Below are positions 1 to 12,171 of a stretch of DNA of 64,000 nucleotides, piece after piece (positions within the stretch are counted from its first letter, which is position 1; each line of letters starts with the position of its first letter). The stretch comes from Nitrospirota bacterium (GTDB lineage: Bacteria > Nitrospirota > UBA9217). The notes under the pieces are model-generated. The model had not been told where the DNA came from. It saw only the letters and a program-made list of their open reading frames with translations, and ran no database searches. The DNA is taken from positions 29,932-93,931 of the forward strand of contig CAVVOB010000035.1 in assembly GCA_963749655.1 (NCBI GenBank), read 5' to 3'. The translations under genes were made by a program, and so were the position numbers.

Positions 1-151
1 CGTCCTGCCCGTCTCCCGCAATCGTGATTTCCCAGTTGTTAAGCCGGCGCTCTTCAGGTATTTCAGCACCTGTTTGCGAGCATGCTGTTTTTTCTGTTGG
101 AACGGACAGTAAATTGCAAACATAAAAACCTGTCTAAACTAAAATTACAGG

Positions 152-181
152 TTGACAAAATGCTAATACTTTAGCTATATA
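152..181 (+). promoter_or_regulatory. Putative sigma70 promoter for MCP-cheW
   Basis: TTGACA (152-157), 18 bp, TATATA in an AT-rich stretch; SD AAGGAGG precedes ATG 251. Confidence 0.4.
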
Positions 182-250
182 TGAAAGTAAGGGATAAAAG
201 GATTTTCCCTTCACGAACATCGGAGTCAAATACTTCAAGGAGGTGCTCTC

Positions 251-1866
251 ATGACGCAGTGGAAAGATATCGGGATCGGGAAGAAGATCATGATTGCCAT
301 CGGGATCATGATCGCCGCACTGGCATTTGTTTCGATCATTGTAGTGCGTGGAATTTCCGATATTGTCCGGGACGGACTCGAGGTGCTCGGCCGGGAACAA
401 GCTGCGCGGCGAACTGCTCCAGCGTGAGGTCGACCACTTGAAGTGGACCCAGGAATTGGGACGGTACGTCTACGATGACCGGGTGAGCGACCTGAAAGTC
501 CAGCTCGACCCCACGCAATGCGGGTTCGGCAAATGGTACTACGGCAACGGCAGAAAAGAAGCGGAAAAACTGCTGCCGGCGCTGCGCGATTCCTTGAGGC
601 CATAGAAGAGCCTCACCGCAAACTGCATGAGTCGGCAGTCGCATATCAAGGACCTTCGGCGCAGGGCAGGAGCAATGAAACCCATGACTATTATGAGTCA
701 ACGACGATGGCCCATCTGGGCGCGGTCCAGGGATTGCTGAGAAACATGGCAGAGACCGCGAAGGAGAACATCCTGTCCGAAGAGGGGATGCTGTCGAATG
801 CCCTCAAGACACGGATGAGCACCATCATTATCGCGCTCGTTGCGAGTCCTTGCCGGGTTGCTCCTGGGATGGGTGGTCGCACGGACCATGTTCGAAGCCC
901 GTGCAGAAGAGCGTCGAGTTCGCAGAAGCGGTCGCGGCCGGGGATTTCCGTCAGCACCTCGATATCAAGCAAAAGGACGAGATGGGGCGGCTGGCGCGTT
1001 CGCTGAATGCCATGGTAGACAAGTTAAAGCAGGTCATTTCCGATGTACAGTACGCCGCGGACAATGTGGCTTCGGGGAGCCATCAGCTCTCGGCCGGGTC
1101 GGAGCAATTGTCCCAGGGCACGACGGAGCAGGCGGCCTCGGCTGAGGAGGCATCGTCCTCGGTGGAAGAGATGAACGCAACGATCAGGCAGAATGCCGAC
1201 AGCGCCAGGCAGACGGAGAGCATCGCGCGCATGTCCGCGAGCGACGCGCAGGAAAGCGGAAAGGCGGTGATCGAGGCGGTGGCGGCGATGAAGGACATCG
1301 CGTCGAGGATCTCGATCATCGAAGAGATCGCGCGCCAGACGAACATGCTGGCATTGAACGCCGCGATCGAGGCCGCACGGGCCGGCGAGCACGGCAAGGG
1401 CTTTGCCGTCGTAGCGGCCGAGGTGCGGAAACTCGCAGAGCGGAGCCAGGTCGCCGCCGGCGAGATCAGCAAGCTCTCCGCATCGAGCGTCGACGTGGCG
1501 GAGCACGCAGGAGCAAAGCTCGCGAAGCTCGTACCCGACATCCAGAAGACCTCTGAGCTCGTTCAGGAGATCGGCGCCTCCACGCGGGAGCAGGCGACCG
1601 GCGCGGACCAGATCAACGGCGCCATCCAGCAGCTGAATAACGTGATCCAGCAGAACGCCGGCGCTGCGGAAGAGATGGCGTCCACTGCGTCTGAACTTTC
1701 TTCCCAGGCGGAGCAGCTTCAACAGGCCGTGTCGTTCTTCCAGGTGGGTATCGAGAGCGGAAGCCGCGCGCCGCTTCGTGTTCTTCGCGGGAAAAGCTCG
1801 GTCACGAGCAAAGGACGGAGCATTCCGGCAAAATGCGGTGGTGATGAGCTGGCCAAGGCGGCCTGA
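251..1866 (+). CDS. Methyl-accepting chemotaxis protein (TM-CZB-TM-HAMP-MCP signal); split by several indels
   Basis: Frames joined manually: [16 protein letters not shown] + TM; CZB motifs [23 protein letters not shown]; signalling core [40 protein letters not shown]. Confidence 0.9.
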
Positions 1867-1911
1867 AGCCGGCAAATGTTCGCTGTTCTCTGCCAGTGAG
1901 AGGAGGTTGCC

Positions 1912-2416
1912 ATGAATGCACCCGTGATGATCCGGCCGACCCAGTTTCTGACCTGCAGGTCTCGGGGAAGAGGTCTTTGCCGTCGATATTGCGAAGGTCC
2001 GTGAGGTCCTCGACGTTGCAGAAGTAACGCGTGTGCCCGGGATGCCCGGGTTCATGCTCGGCGTTATCAACCTCCGTGGCGCAGTGGTGCCCATCGTGGA
2101 CCTGCACGTCAAGTTCGGCATGCCGAAGGCCGAACGAACGGTGGATACGTGCGTGATCATAGTCGAGGTCATGGTCGATCGTGAAAGCACGGTTCTGGGG
2201 GTCCTCGCCGACTCGGTCCGGGAAGTGGTCGATCTCGACAGGGAACAGATCGAAGCAGCGCCCCGGATCGGGACAAGGCTCCGTACGGAGTTCATCGCCG
2301 GCATGGGCAAGCAAAACGGAAGCTTTGTCATCATTCTTGATATCGACAAGGTCTTTTCAGCCGGAGAAATGGGCCAGGTCCAGGCCGGTCGGGAAGAACA
2401 TGTCACAGTGAAGTGA
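1912..2416 (+). CDS. cheW: Chemotaxis coupling protein CheW (frameshift near 1960)
   Basis: SD AGGAGG then ATG 1912; LGEEVFAVDIAKVREV...VPGMPGFMLGVINLRGAVVPIVDL. Confidence 0.9.
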
Positions 2417-2435
2417 CTGCTGTTGAAGAGCACTG

Positions 2436-2470
2436 AAAAAGGCCGAAGGGATGCTTCCCTCCGGCCTTTG
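2436..2470. terminator. Intrinsic terminator, probably bidirectional
   Basis: AAAAA-GGCCGAAGGGA-TGC-TTCCCTCCGGCC-TTT between convergent genes. Confidence 0.65.
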
Positions 2471-2516
2471 TGCGTTTGCTCCACGGCGAGCGCGAAGCCC
2501 ATGGTGCTGAATCGGA

Positions 2517-3264
2517 TTACCTGAGGTCTTTCTTCCTCGCGACGTTTACTTCAGCGAGTCCCTCCCTTGCCAGGAGCTCAACATCATCCCGATCCAGAGC
2601 GGTCGTTGATAACGAAATCCTGTAGTCTCTCTCTGCCTCGTTCCATTCGCGCCTCAGCAAATGGAGCTCGCCGGAAATACAGGAGATCCTGCCTCCCATG
2701 CGTCCGGACAAATCATAGCGCTCTGCCATCCGTTTTGCAGCATCGAGCTCTTTTTGGGCGGCAGTCAACGGAGCGGCAAGAGAAGTGCCGTTGCCCTGGA
2801 CCTGCCTGGCCAGCGCGAGGTTTTCACGGGCAAGGAGTATGTGGTGTGCAATTGCCGTTTGCCGGTGATCCGCTAGAAAGACGGGCAAGCTCAGCGAGGC
2901 AAGCGCAATTATGATCGCTGCGAAAAACGCAGTCGACCACAGGGAAACCTGCCGTTTCTTCGGACACGGAGCCGTCCCCGGCTGTTGTGTAAAGAAAAGC
3001 CTCCGTGCCATTACGGTGATCCCGATATAGGGGACGATGACGACAAAGGCCGTGCTGTAAAAAGTCGGCGTCCTGAAGGGCCGGTACCCCTGTCCCTGGA
3101 GGCCCAGATAGTATCCGGAAAACGCTGGCACGAACGAGATCAGATAAAAAAACGTCCAATGCGGTTCGAGCACGATCAGGGCCTCGAAGAAATCCGATGA
3201 TCTGAAACGATGCTGCAGCAGTGATCGCTATCCATGATGCATGCTTCAATTGTTGCAGGTTCAC
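2517..3264 (-). CDS. Hypothetical membrane protein with helical, TPR-like C-terminus (one frameshift)
   Basis: N-terminus of ORF 2824-3264 joins ORF 2517-3173; about four hydrophobic segments. Confidence 0.55.
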
Positions 3265-3343
3265 GGGTATTCACTCCTATACTATGCGCTTGAATTTGCG
3301 CCGGCAAGTCCAAATCGGCCGGGCGCCGTTTTGCCGCGCACGT

Positions 3344-4244
3344 CTACTGCTTTTCCCATTCCTCCGCCGAGTTCTTCTTCCGGAAGAGCAGGTCATCCGA
3401 TCCGGACCGGATCATATATTCCAAAGATCCCGTTCGGTGATAGGCAGTCAGAGTATACCCGTCCTTCGTCATCGACACTGCGGTCATAACTACATCCCTG
3501 GACTGCTCACATTTCGCTTCCTCCAGCGTTGACGGATAGCGCTGATGGTCCATAACATATGCAGAGAGAATAGTCCTGCAATTCCGGAGATCGTACCCTG
3601 CAACCCTGCTCCGTATCCTTCCCGCACCTTCATCTGTACCGGACCAGAGCGAAGACCAGAATCCGACGAGCAGCACGAGCACGACGGAGGTCAGGACCAG
3701 CATCTTTTTCGATCCTTCTCCCGTCTTGAATGCCCATGCTTCCCTTACGACCTTTCCGAAAGCAGCGCCGGCCATGCACGCCGCAAGTACAATGAAGAGG
3801 AAACGGTCCTCCTCCGCTCGGTGAATCCCCCGTGCCTTCCAACGCCTTTCCTGCCGTGATGACGCCGAAGACCAGCCCTGCTGCCCCGCCGGCGATGACC
3901 TGCCAATCAGTATGCCCTTTCTCGATATCACGAACAGGAGCCGGTTCTCCTTTCTTGCCGAGCCATGACAGGCGCCACATGACAGCCAGAGTTATTACGA
4001 TTGCCATGGAGGGGACCAGCGCTGCCGCGGCAGGGTATACATAGAGCTGCCATTGCTTGAACGGTTGGTACTGCTTCGACCGAAGATGAGCATAAATGCC
4101 GCCGCACAACGGCAGTAATGAGATCAAGCTTAGGAAAGACAGTATCGGGGACGCAAGGTCGAATGCATAATAGTGCGCGGCCTGCACGGCTGCGGCAACC
4201 CCCATCAGACACCAGGACATCTTTTCCAATCTTCCGTCGTTCAC
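3344..4244 (-). CDS. Multi-pass membrane protein with C-terminal type IV pilin-like domain (frameshifted)
   Basis: ORFs 3630-4244 and 3344-3931; YDLRNCRTILSAYVMDHQRYP resembles the pilin alpha1-C segment. Confidence 0.55.
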
Positions 4245-4298
4245 GTGCCGTCCTCCTCGTTCAATTGGCTAAAGCCCTGTCGGCCGCTGAAGATTCTG

Positions 4299-5307
4299 CT
4301 ACTGATCTGTCCCGGACATTGATGTTTCTCCGTTCCTGCAGGAAACCAAGCTGATACTATTCGAAAATAATCCGCCCCGGATTACCAATGCCCCGTCCCG
4401 GACACCGGCGCCCTGATAATTGACCACCACTGCCTGTGCACCATGGGGAACGCCGCATTGGTCTGGTTGCCATCGCCGGCTTCTTACGACGAACTTTTTT
4501 CCGGGATCGATCCTGACAGGGACATCGTCGTCTCCGGGTCTCTGGTCCCGCGCCAGGGGTAATCTTTCCCACGCCGGCGGTCCGGGGATAACGCCTGCCT
4601 GTTCTTGAGGGTAGACCGCGACCTTCACTCCCGCCCATTCGTGTGCATTGCCTCCGGCGGGCGGGAGCGCAAAATACACTGCTTCCCGACCGGGATTGAC
4701 GATGTCCATTTCAAAGTACTCGTCGTCGCTTGCGACAACGTGGCGGACCTCCAGCTTGAGCGCCGCTCTCGGATGAGACCGCAATTCGGCCTGCAGTGTA
4801 TGGAGCTCCATCATAAGCGGTTCGAGGAGCGCCAGGGATCTTCGTTCGCCGCTTCCCGACGGTTTTCGCGACTTCTTTCGCTGCGGTCTTGTACGTGAAT
4901 GTCAGAAGACTTTCATTGGACATCTCGTACCTGCCTTCAGGCTGAAGACTGGTGAAGTTCGCGGATTCAAGAAGAGCTCGCAGCCGTTCAAGCGCAGAAT
5001 CTTCAATGGTCATCTCGAATCGTCCGATCGACTGACCCGCATCGTCTCCCGGGTGGCGGTTAATATCGAGAGTGGCTTTGCCGGACCTGCTGTCCACGGT
5101 GATGGTGGTCTCCCACATATGCATATCCTTCGCGATGTTTGCTCCGCCACGGGAGGAGTACGCAAACAAGTAAGTATCTTTCACTTCGCTCATAACGCCT
5201 CCGGCCGGCATCGGGCTCTGCTTCCCCGACCTGTCAGACACCGTGCCGGCAATCGCGGTCATACAAAAAACGAGCAGCAGAATGACAACAGCCCCCCCTG
5301 TCCGCAT
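4299..5307 (-). CDS. Hypothetical exported protein (frameshifted)
   Basis: Signal peptide MRTGGAVVILLLVFCMTAIAG with SD AGGAGG; continues into ORF 4299-4814. Confidence 0.5.
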
Positions 5308-5415
5308 GCTGGTCCTCCTTGTCGGTTCGTTCTCTTCAATATACGACTGTCGACCGGAACTTCCCGTGATAACCGTGACGGCGACAGCACCCGGGGTCTC
5401 ATCTTTCGGCTTAAG

Positions 5416-6589
5416 CTACCGCTCCTCGATCGCAGCATCGCCGGCCTCTAAGGGAACTTCCAGCGCGAAAATCTTATCGCTGCACGCACAGGTGAAAAAG
5501 ATCCTGCTTCCCTCGTCATGGCGCGTGAACAGCGTATACTCTGCAGCGGTCGCATTCTTATAGGGCACATCGATCCTGGCGCCGTGATCACGAGCCAGGT
5601 CCTCGAATGTTCGGTCTTCGATCTTTGCATCACGGTTCTTCAGCGCCATCTCGGAAACATTTTGCCTGGCAGCCAGTACCATCCTGTATGCGTTTGCGTC
5701 GTTTTCCGGCAGCAGAGGAACACGGGGCCGCGAGATCTCGGAAATCGCGGCCGCCATGTGCATCGTTGTCGCCAGACGCACTTTTACGATGCCGCGTGCG
5801 GAATCTGAATATCCCCGATGTCCGACTGCGTAGGAGATCGCCAGGTAAATCTCCCTGCCTTGTTCGTGCAGCGCGCTGATGAGATAGCAGTCCTTTTTCA
5901 CATCGAGAAGACTTAGCGTCACGCCTCGCTGCAGGGAAAAATTGCTGTACGATGATGCCGCATCAGCGCGGTCAGCGCCGACGATCAGAGAGGTGACGCC
6001 GGTAGACGAGCTCAGTCTTGCCGACGCGTAGCTCCGGAGATCGGCGTGGACGGCGTCCAGTGTTGTCACGGCATTTCTTAAATCAGATAATGCTGAAGCG
6101 TCGCAGGCTCTGTCACGGTAAGAAAAATAGGCGGGAACGTTAAGTCCCACAAACAGGACCATGGTCGTCCAGAGCGCCGCGATCGCAGCGCCGCCTATGG
6201 TAACGCCGCAGGGGACCGCCTTTCCGGCGTTTTGTCTCATTGCAGAGCGGATTTTCAGAAAGTAAAGGTAGTTGCCGGTCATCCCAAGAATGAGGCCCGG
6301 CAGACAGAAATATGCTATCGGAGACCCATTGAACTGCTCCACCCACCAGGGCAGGAGAACAAACAGGAGGGGCGCTGCGATCGCCAATCCGTACATGCGC
6401 CGGTACGCCGGCCAGATAAAAGGCAGCAGGAAGGCCGCCCAGTTCCAGGTGAATCTGAAGCGGTCCTCTGCCGTCTGCGGTGAACTTGCGGAATTGTAGG
6501 ATATAGTATTCATGATTCTTCCTGATCAAATGGGCCGCTTCTGTCGAGGAGCTCTTTTCCTGGTCGTTTTCCTTCTGCTTGCTGTTCAT
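5416..6589 (-). CDS. DUF2628-like membrane protein fused to pilin-like domain(s) (frameshift near 6470)
   Basis: KNHEYYILQFRKF + FTWNWAAFLLPFIWPAYRRMYG + GMTGNYLY (DUF2628 pattern); VPAYFSYRDRACDASALSDLRNAVTTL (pilin-like). Confidence 0.7.
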
Positions 6590-6722
6590 TCTTATGCCTC
6601 GCTTGAGCAAACTCATTCCGGTGTACATTGTATGCCGATCATCGCTTTCAAGCCGTGACTATCTTCACTGCACCATCGGAGCACCTGACTGTCTATAGCA
6701 ATGTCCAGGACGAATGTTGCAC

Positions 6723-7391
6723 TCATGACGAATGCCTGTGGCTCTCGGTGAGAGGTTTCGTTGTGCCGCCATTGATGTAGAATGTCTCATAGCCGTCCAG
6801 CTTGCCGCCGAGTGAGAATTCTTGAATAGTGATCCTATTTTTGTCGTTATAATGATCAGGATAGGAATAACGATAATAGATCGTATATCCGTTTTTTTGA
6901 ATAGAACAGACACCTGAAAAATTGTCCTTGCAGGAGAAACCGTCAATAGTTTCCGGGCATTTACTACTCTCTTTGCAGATACGGTCCACATGCGCTGCTG
7001 TCTGCCTGACAAAATCAATAGTCGACGTCTTGTTTTTATTACCTGCGTACTGACTAGAAAAGAAAAAAATGAACATCGACGCTACGGCCAGCAGACGTAC
7101 AAAAGCATGGCGTGCGGCATTCTTTTCGACCGAGAGATATAATCTCACGGCAAGGAAGATGACCGGGGCAATGCCGATGAGGAAATAGCTCGTATTGCCA
7201 CGACTCATAACTTGAAGTATTACCGTAAGAACAAAGTAGAGAATAATTGCTCCTACGGTGTTCAGCACTTCATCGAGGTTGGTATTCGTCGGCGTCGAAG
7301 GCTGCTCCAGGGCGTTCCCGCATTGTATGCAGACCTTCAGCCCCAGGGGATAGGACGAACCGCATCTTTTGCAGTAGTCTGTTACTTTCAC
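6723..7391 (-). CDS. Zinc-ribbon plus three-TM hypothetical protein
   Basis: YCKRCG...CIQCG N-terminus, three TM helices, lower GC. Confidence 0.65.
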   Translation of the reverse strand: MKVTDYCKRCGSSYPLGLKVCIQCGNALEQPSTPTNTNLDEVLNTVGAIILYFVLTVILQVMSRGNTSYFLIGIAPVIFLAVRLYLSVEKNAARHAFVRLLAVASMFIFFFSSQYAGNKNKTSTIDFVRQTAAHVDRICKESSKCPETIDGFSCKDNFSGVCSIQKNGYTIYYRYSYPDHYNDKNRITIQEFSLGGKLDGYETFYINGGTTKPLTESHRHSS

Positions 7392-7449
7392 GAAGCTCCT
7401 CCCCGCAATTGTGGATTCGCGCTATCAATAAACAGTCACTGCTCTTCAC

Positions 7450-9466
7450 TCACTGTTTGCCGCTGTTCTCAACGCTTCCCTGAAGGCGCTCGCCCTTCTG
7501 CTTCTCCTTCAGCCACATTCGCGCCGACTCTCGCAGGTTTTCCCGCTCTTCGGGCGTGATGCCCTTCGGATCGAACCGATAACGATTATGGAGAGTGATA
7601 AGGTCGGACAGCCGGCTGCACTGCTCAGCGGAAAAAATCCGCTGTTGCTCCATTTTTCCAAGCCAGGCGCCTGTTGATTCCCAGGGCTGTCTGAGAAATC
7701 CCCGCTCTTTCAAGACCGCTTCCACCGTGTAGAACTCGGAATCATTTCCCGGAGAGGCGTGTGCACCGGTATCACATGTTCTCCCGAGGTTCTCGTTTCT
7801 TCCGTGTCTTATAGATCTTCCATGCGAAAAAAATAACAGCCGCGCCCAGGCCCCAGATGCTTAAGGACCGGAATCGCGTGATGCCGAGCCCGCGCCGCCA
7901 TTGCGAAAAAAGGAAAACCGCTCTTTGCCAGAGGTCGTGGACATAGGTGAATATCGGAGCCTGCGTATTTTCAATATCCGCCCATGAGGGCGGCGTGGTG
8001 TCGAAATCGCGCCATGCGCCATTCACGTAGACCAGGCACCAGGCATGGGCATGGCGGGACCGGACGATGAACATTTTCTCAAGGTCGCTGTACTCCTGGA
8101 CAGAGTAGCCGACTGCATACCGCGCGGGGATGCCCGCGGCGCGCAGCAGCAGAACCGTGGCGGTGGCGAAATATTCGCAGTGCCCCGCGCGCGTCGTGAG
8201 CAGAAATTTCGAGAGCGGCAGAGGGTCCTGATCGTCTGCTTGGGCGAGGGAATAGCGGAACCGGTCACTGAAAAAGCCTGCCAGGGACTCCATGGCTTTC
8301 TCCGGTTCCCCTGAACTGAGTCCCAATCCGGCAACCATGGTCCGGAGAACGACTGCTTCGTTTTCCGGGACAGCGACATCCTTGTCCGTGGGCTCGTCAA
8401 GCAAGACACTGTCGGAATCGGTGAAGACCTCATAATCGGCCATGCCGGGTCCATCTTTGACCTTGACGGTCCCCAGCCTACTCCGCGACAGCGCCGCGGC
8501 GGGAAGCTCCTCGATCCGCGCCGCATCCAGGGGCAGCGGCAGGACCTTTTCGCCCTCACCCAGAGCCGCGTGAACAGTCATGATCCGACGTGCGCTCCCG
8601 TCCGCACCAAGACGCCACGTTCCGTTCCCGGCAGGTTGAACCGAAAGTTCAGCGGCATTGCCCGAACTCCAGACCCGAGCGCGATACGCTGTATAGGCGG
8701 CCTCGCGCAGGAGCAGGGGGGCGGCGGCCTTATCCGAAAGCTCCACCCTGAGCACGATCCGGTTCGAGAGCTTGCGGGAACCGACAGCGCCGATGGCGCT
8801 GTGTTTCGGGTCAACCTCTCCTTCGCCGCTGCGGTCCCCTGCGAACCAGTTCGTGAATACCTGCTCGACCTTGCCCTGCAGGGAATGGAGTCCCACATGC
8901 CCGGCATATCCCGACAGGCCGCACAAAGCGATAAGCGCCAGCCAGGTGACCAACGACAGGGAGCGTGACCGCGCGCCCCAAAGCGCCCACGCTAGGAACA
9001 CAACGCCGCCTGCGTAGAACCACGATGAGCGCTCCGGCGCCGCGCTTGCAGACAGGATGCAGAGCGCAAGAAAAGGATAGTCAAGCGTTATTGCCTTGCG
9101 GCCGGCTTCTCCTTCCCGGCGCACTCTGTTCCGGGATAGAATGGACAAGATATCGAGATCGACCTTGCCCGCGGAGCTGTACGCGATCGCCGCCATCATC
9201 GGCAGCATGGTTACCGGCGCCCATCGAAGCGTCGCAGCAACTGTTTTTGAAGGTTCTGTAACGACAAAAAATGCGGCAATGCCGATGAACAGGGTCGCGC
9301 AGCCGTTCCAGATAAAGCCGAACTGTCTGCGGGAGACCTCCAGCCGCCAGGAGATGAACCGAGGCGCTTCCAGCAGCAGTGCCGCAGCAACTCCCAGGAC
9401 CAGGTGTCCGTTCAGCCACCCCTGGAAGATCATTGCCGCGCCGAGGATGAACGCAGGTGTATTCAT
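7450..9466 (-). CDS. Membrane transglutaminase-like protein (TgpA type; frameshift near 7770)
   Basis: N-terminal TMs; GHCEYFAT, GIPARYAVGY, HAHAW, DFDTTP; C-terminal HNRYRF segment in ORF 7450-7725. Confidence 0.88.
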
Positions 9467-10804
9467 AGCGAGGCGAGTCCTTCCCCGATCTTTCCGACCT
9501 CGATCACGCGGACACGGTCATTTTCGGGATCAGGCCGTGCTGCGCCGGGCGACGCGGGGTCAACGATGACGATCGCAAGCACGGGGATGCCGAGCGACCG
9601 AAGGCCGTGAATGAGGCGTTTTCGCTCATCGTCCCACGCCAGCAGAATGCAGATGCACCCGCTCAGCGAAGATACGCGCTCCATGACCGCAACGCGAAGA
9701 TCCTCGAAAGGCCTGGTCTCGCAGGGCAGGACCGAGGCAAGGGTCTCCAGCGCCTGCTCCATCCGGCCGACGCCCCGGCCCACGGTGACGCAGAACACGT
9801 CTGCGCCCACGAACAGCAGGTCGAGCAGGCTTTCCTGCGTTTCTATCGTGCAGGCAAAGGAGGCAGCCACGGAAACGGCTTCCTCGAACACCGCTGCGCT
9901 GACGCCGGCCTTGAACGTGTCAAGGACCAGCGCATGGCGCACAAAATACTCTTCCTGATATTCCTTCACCACGGGCTTGCCGGAACGCGCCCAGCTTTTC
10001 CAATGGATGCGTCGAAGCGGATCGCCCGGACGGTAATCCCGCAGGGATACGAACTCCTCGGAATCTCCGATCGAGCCGGCCATCGATACGCCGCCCTGCT
10101 GGTACACCCGCGTCCCCGGGGAGGCTGACCGCAGGAAGCGGATACCTTTTGGGAAGGATGAGAACGGACTGACGAAGAGGAACGGCGCGACCGATCTTGA
10201 GCAGTCCGAGAGGATCGCGTTTCGAAATGGTCACGCCCTCGAACTGCACGATCCCCCGCCGCGTGGGGATGAATTCGCCCCGTACTTCGCCGTCGCTGTT
10301 CTGCGACACTGCGGGGACGGTCTGCTCTTTGATCGCAGCGCAGCTCTTCGCCGCGACCAGGTCCAGCCATCGGGAATATCCGAGGAATTCGAACGTTCCT
10401 TTCCGGCGGGCGCCGCCCGGGTCCGCAGTGCCGCTGAATTCCTTGTACGAGGGGCGGGGATCAGCGAGGTTTTCCTCAAGCACCAGGTCCCGGAGCGTCC
10501 CGCGCTCCCCGCTGCTCACGATGACGCGGTAGGCAAGCGGCTGGCCTGCAGTGCCGAATTGCGGAAGAACGCGGCGGGCAACGGCGCGGGTGTCGAGAAA
10601 GAACCGTGAAATGAATGAAAGCGCTACCAGGGACAGGAGGAGCGTGAAGAGCTGATAGGCCATGGTGAGATTGGTGTCGACCCCGATCACCGCGGAAGCG
10701 ACAAGAGTGGAAAGCACGAACGTTCCCGCCGGGGTGAACCTGCGCGTGATCCGGTACCTGACTGCGGACAGGATACGGAACAGCATGTAGGGAATGCGTT
10801 TCAT
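9463..10804 (-). CDS. DUF58 domain protein (frameshift near 10110)
   Basis: EFVSLRDYRPGDPLRRIHWKSWAR...VKEY; DPLGL; lies between MoxR and the transglutaminase. Confidence 0.88.
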
Positions 10805-10823
10805 GATTGATGTTTAAAGTTTT

Positions 10824-11075
10824 CCGCCACAGAGATCACCGAGGGAACGGAGAAAGTCTTTTGTGTCATACCCGGTGGCCATATACTTCAAAAACAATTT
10901 TTCGCGCGGAGACGCAGAGACGCTGAGAAAGTTTTCATCTTTTATATCAGGACTGTCATCCCCTGTGCTTTTGGGACGTTTCTGCCGTTCTTCGCGACTC
11001 TGCGTCTGCGCGCGATACGCCGTGCTTTCGTTGCGTCCCTGCCGTTCCTGCGACTCCGCGGCTCCGCGCGAGACC
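10824..11075. repeat. Cluster of 9-mer tandem repeats in inverted pairs (CACAGAGA/CGCAGAGA type)
   Basis: CACAGAGATCACCGAGGGAACGGAGA; CGCGGAGACGCAGAGACGCTGAGA opposed by CGCGACTCTGCGTCTGCGCGCGA and CTGCGACTCCGCGGCTCCGCGCGA. Confidence 0.65.
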
Positions 11076-11100
11076 GTCTTGCTTTTGACCCGCTTCCCTG

Positions 11101-12051
11101 CTACGCGGGCACGGGGACCTTCTTCAAGCAATCCTCCACGACCGACCGCGAGGTGAGCCCTGAAAACTTCGCCTGCGGATTGAGCACGACCCGGTGAGCG
11201 ATCACGGGCGCGGCCAGTTCCTGGAGCTGCTCGGGCAGAACGAATTCCCTGTTGTCCACGAGCGCCAGCGCCTGGGCGGCCTTCACCAGGGCGATCGATG
11301 CCCGCGGGCTCGCGCCGAGCTGGACGCCCTGGGCCGACCGGGTCTCGCGAACGATGTCCGTCGCATACCGCTTCAGCTCATCGCTGATCCTCACCGATTT
11401 CACACGCTCCCGAAGCAGGGTCACGTCTTCCTTGGTCACGCAGGCCTTGAGATCATGGATGGGATGGCGCTTTTCCTGGGCGGTCACGACCTTGACCTCG
11501 TCTTCCGCAGAGACATAGCCGAGGCTGAACTGCATGGCAAAGCGGTCCATCTGGGCCTCGGGCAGCGGATAGGTCCCGCGGAACTCGACGGGGTTTTGTG
11601 TCGCGATGACGAAGAACAGGTCATCAAGGGGCAGGGTTTTCCCGTCTATGCTCACCTGTCCCTCGGCCATGGCTTCGAGCATGGCCGACTGGGTCCGCGG
11701 CGAGGCCCGGTTGATCTCGTCGCCGAGCAGGATATTGGTAAAGACCGGCCCGCGGTGCAGGTGAAACGCCTGGGCCTGCTGATCGAAGATGGATACGCCG
11801 AGAATGTCCGAAGGAAGAAGATCGGGCGTGAACTGGACCCGCCGATACTCGGCCCCCACGGAGAGCGCGAGCGCTTTTGCCAGCGTCGTTTTGCCGGTCC
11901 CGGGATAATCCTCCAGAAGGACGTGCCCCCCGCTGGCAAAAGCGGCGAGCAGGAGCCTGATGGCCGCTGATTGTCCTTTCATCACGGTTTCGACGTTCTG
12001 CATGATGCTGTGAAGGGTTTCTACAGGTGACTGCTGTTGTCCGCTCATCAT
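11101..12051 (-). CDS. moxR: MoxR family AAA+ ATPase
   Basis: GHVLLEDYPGTGKT, RVQFTPDLLPSD, DEINRASPRTQSA, ATQNP, PLPEAQMDRF. Confidence 0.95.
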   Translation of the reverse strand: MMSGQQQSPVETLHSIMQNVETVMKGQSAAIRLLLAAFASGGHVLLEDYPGTGKTTLAKALALSVGAEYRRVQFTPDLLPSDILGVSIFDQQAQAFHLHRGPVFTNILLGDEINRASPRTQSAMLEAMAEGQVSIDGKTLPLDDLFFVIATQNPVEFRGTYPLPEAQMDRFAMQFSLGYVSAEDEVKVVTAQEKRHPIHDLKACVTKEDVTLLRERVKSVRISDELKRYATDIVRETRSAQGVQLGASPRASIALVKAAQALALVDNREFVLPEQLQELAAPVIAHRVVLNPQAKFSGLTSRSVVEDCLKKVPVPA

Positions 12052-12171
12052 GATCTCCTTATGGTGACTAGCAGCTGATACGGGCTCTACTCCTCGATCA
12101 GCGTTTCACAATATGACGACCCGGATTGCCGCGCCGGCGACAAGGCCGGGAATGACCGGAACCATCAGTGC

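Noticed and set aside
1024-2502. Long antisense ORFs such as 1024-2502 (-), 22282-23244 (+), 26876-27919 (-) and 56028-57032 (+)
   Set aside because: They are shadow frames of GC-rich genes that have clear family motifs on the opposite strand.
2517-7450. Integron cassettes in the left-hand tract of orphan membrane genes
   Set aside because: Intergenic regions lack AAC...GTT-bounded hairpins with attC spacing.
10814-11131. Short ORFs over repeat regions (10814-11131, 25958-26230, 49778-49996, 61604-61813 and the 53580-53633 cupin extension)
   Set aside because: They translate the 7-mer or 9-mer repeats into low-complexity peptides and lack ribosome-binding sites.
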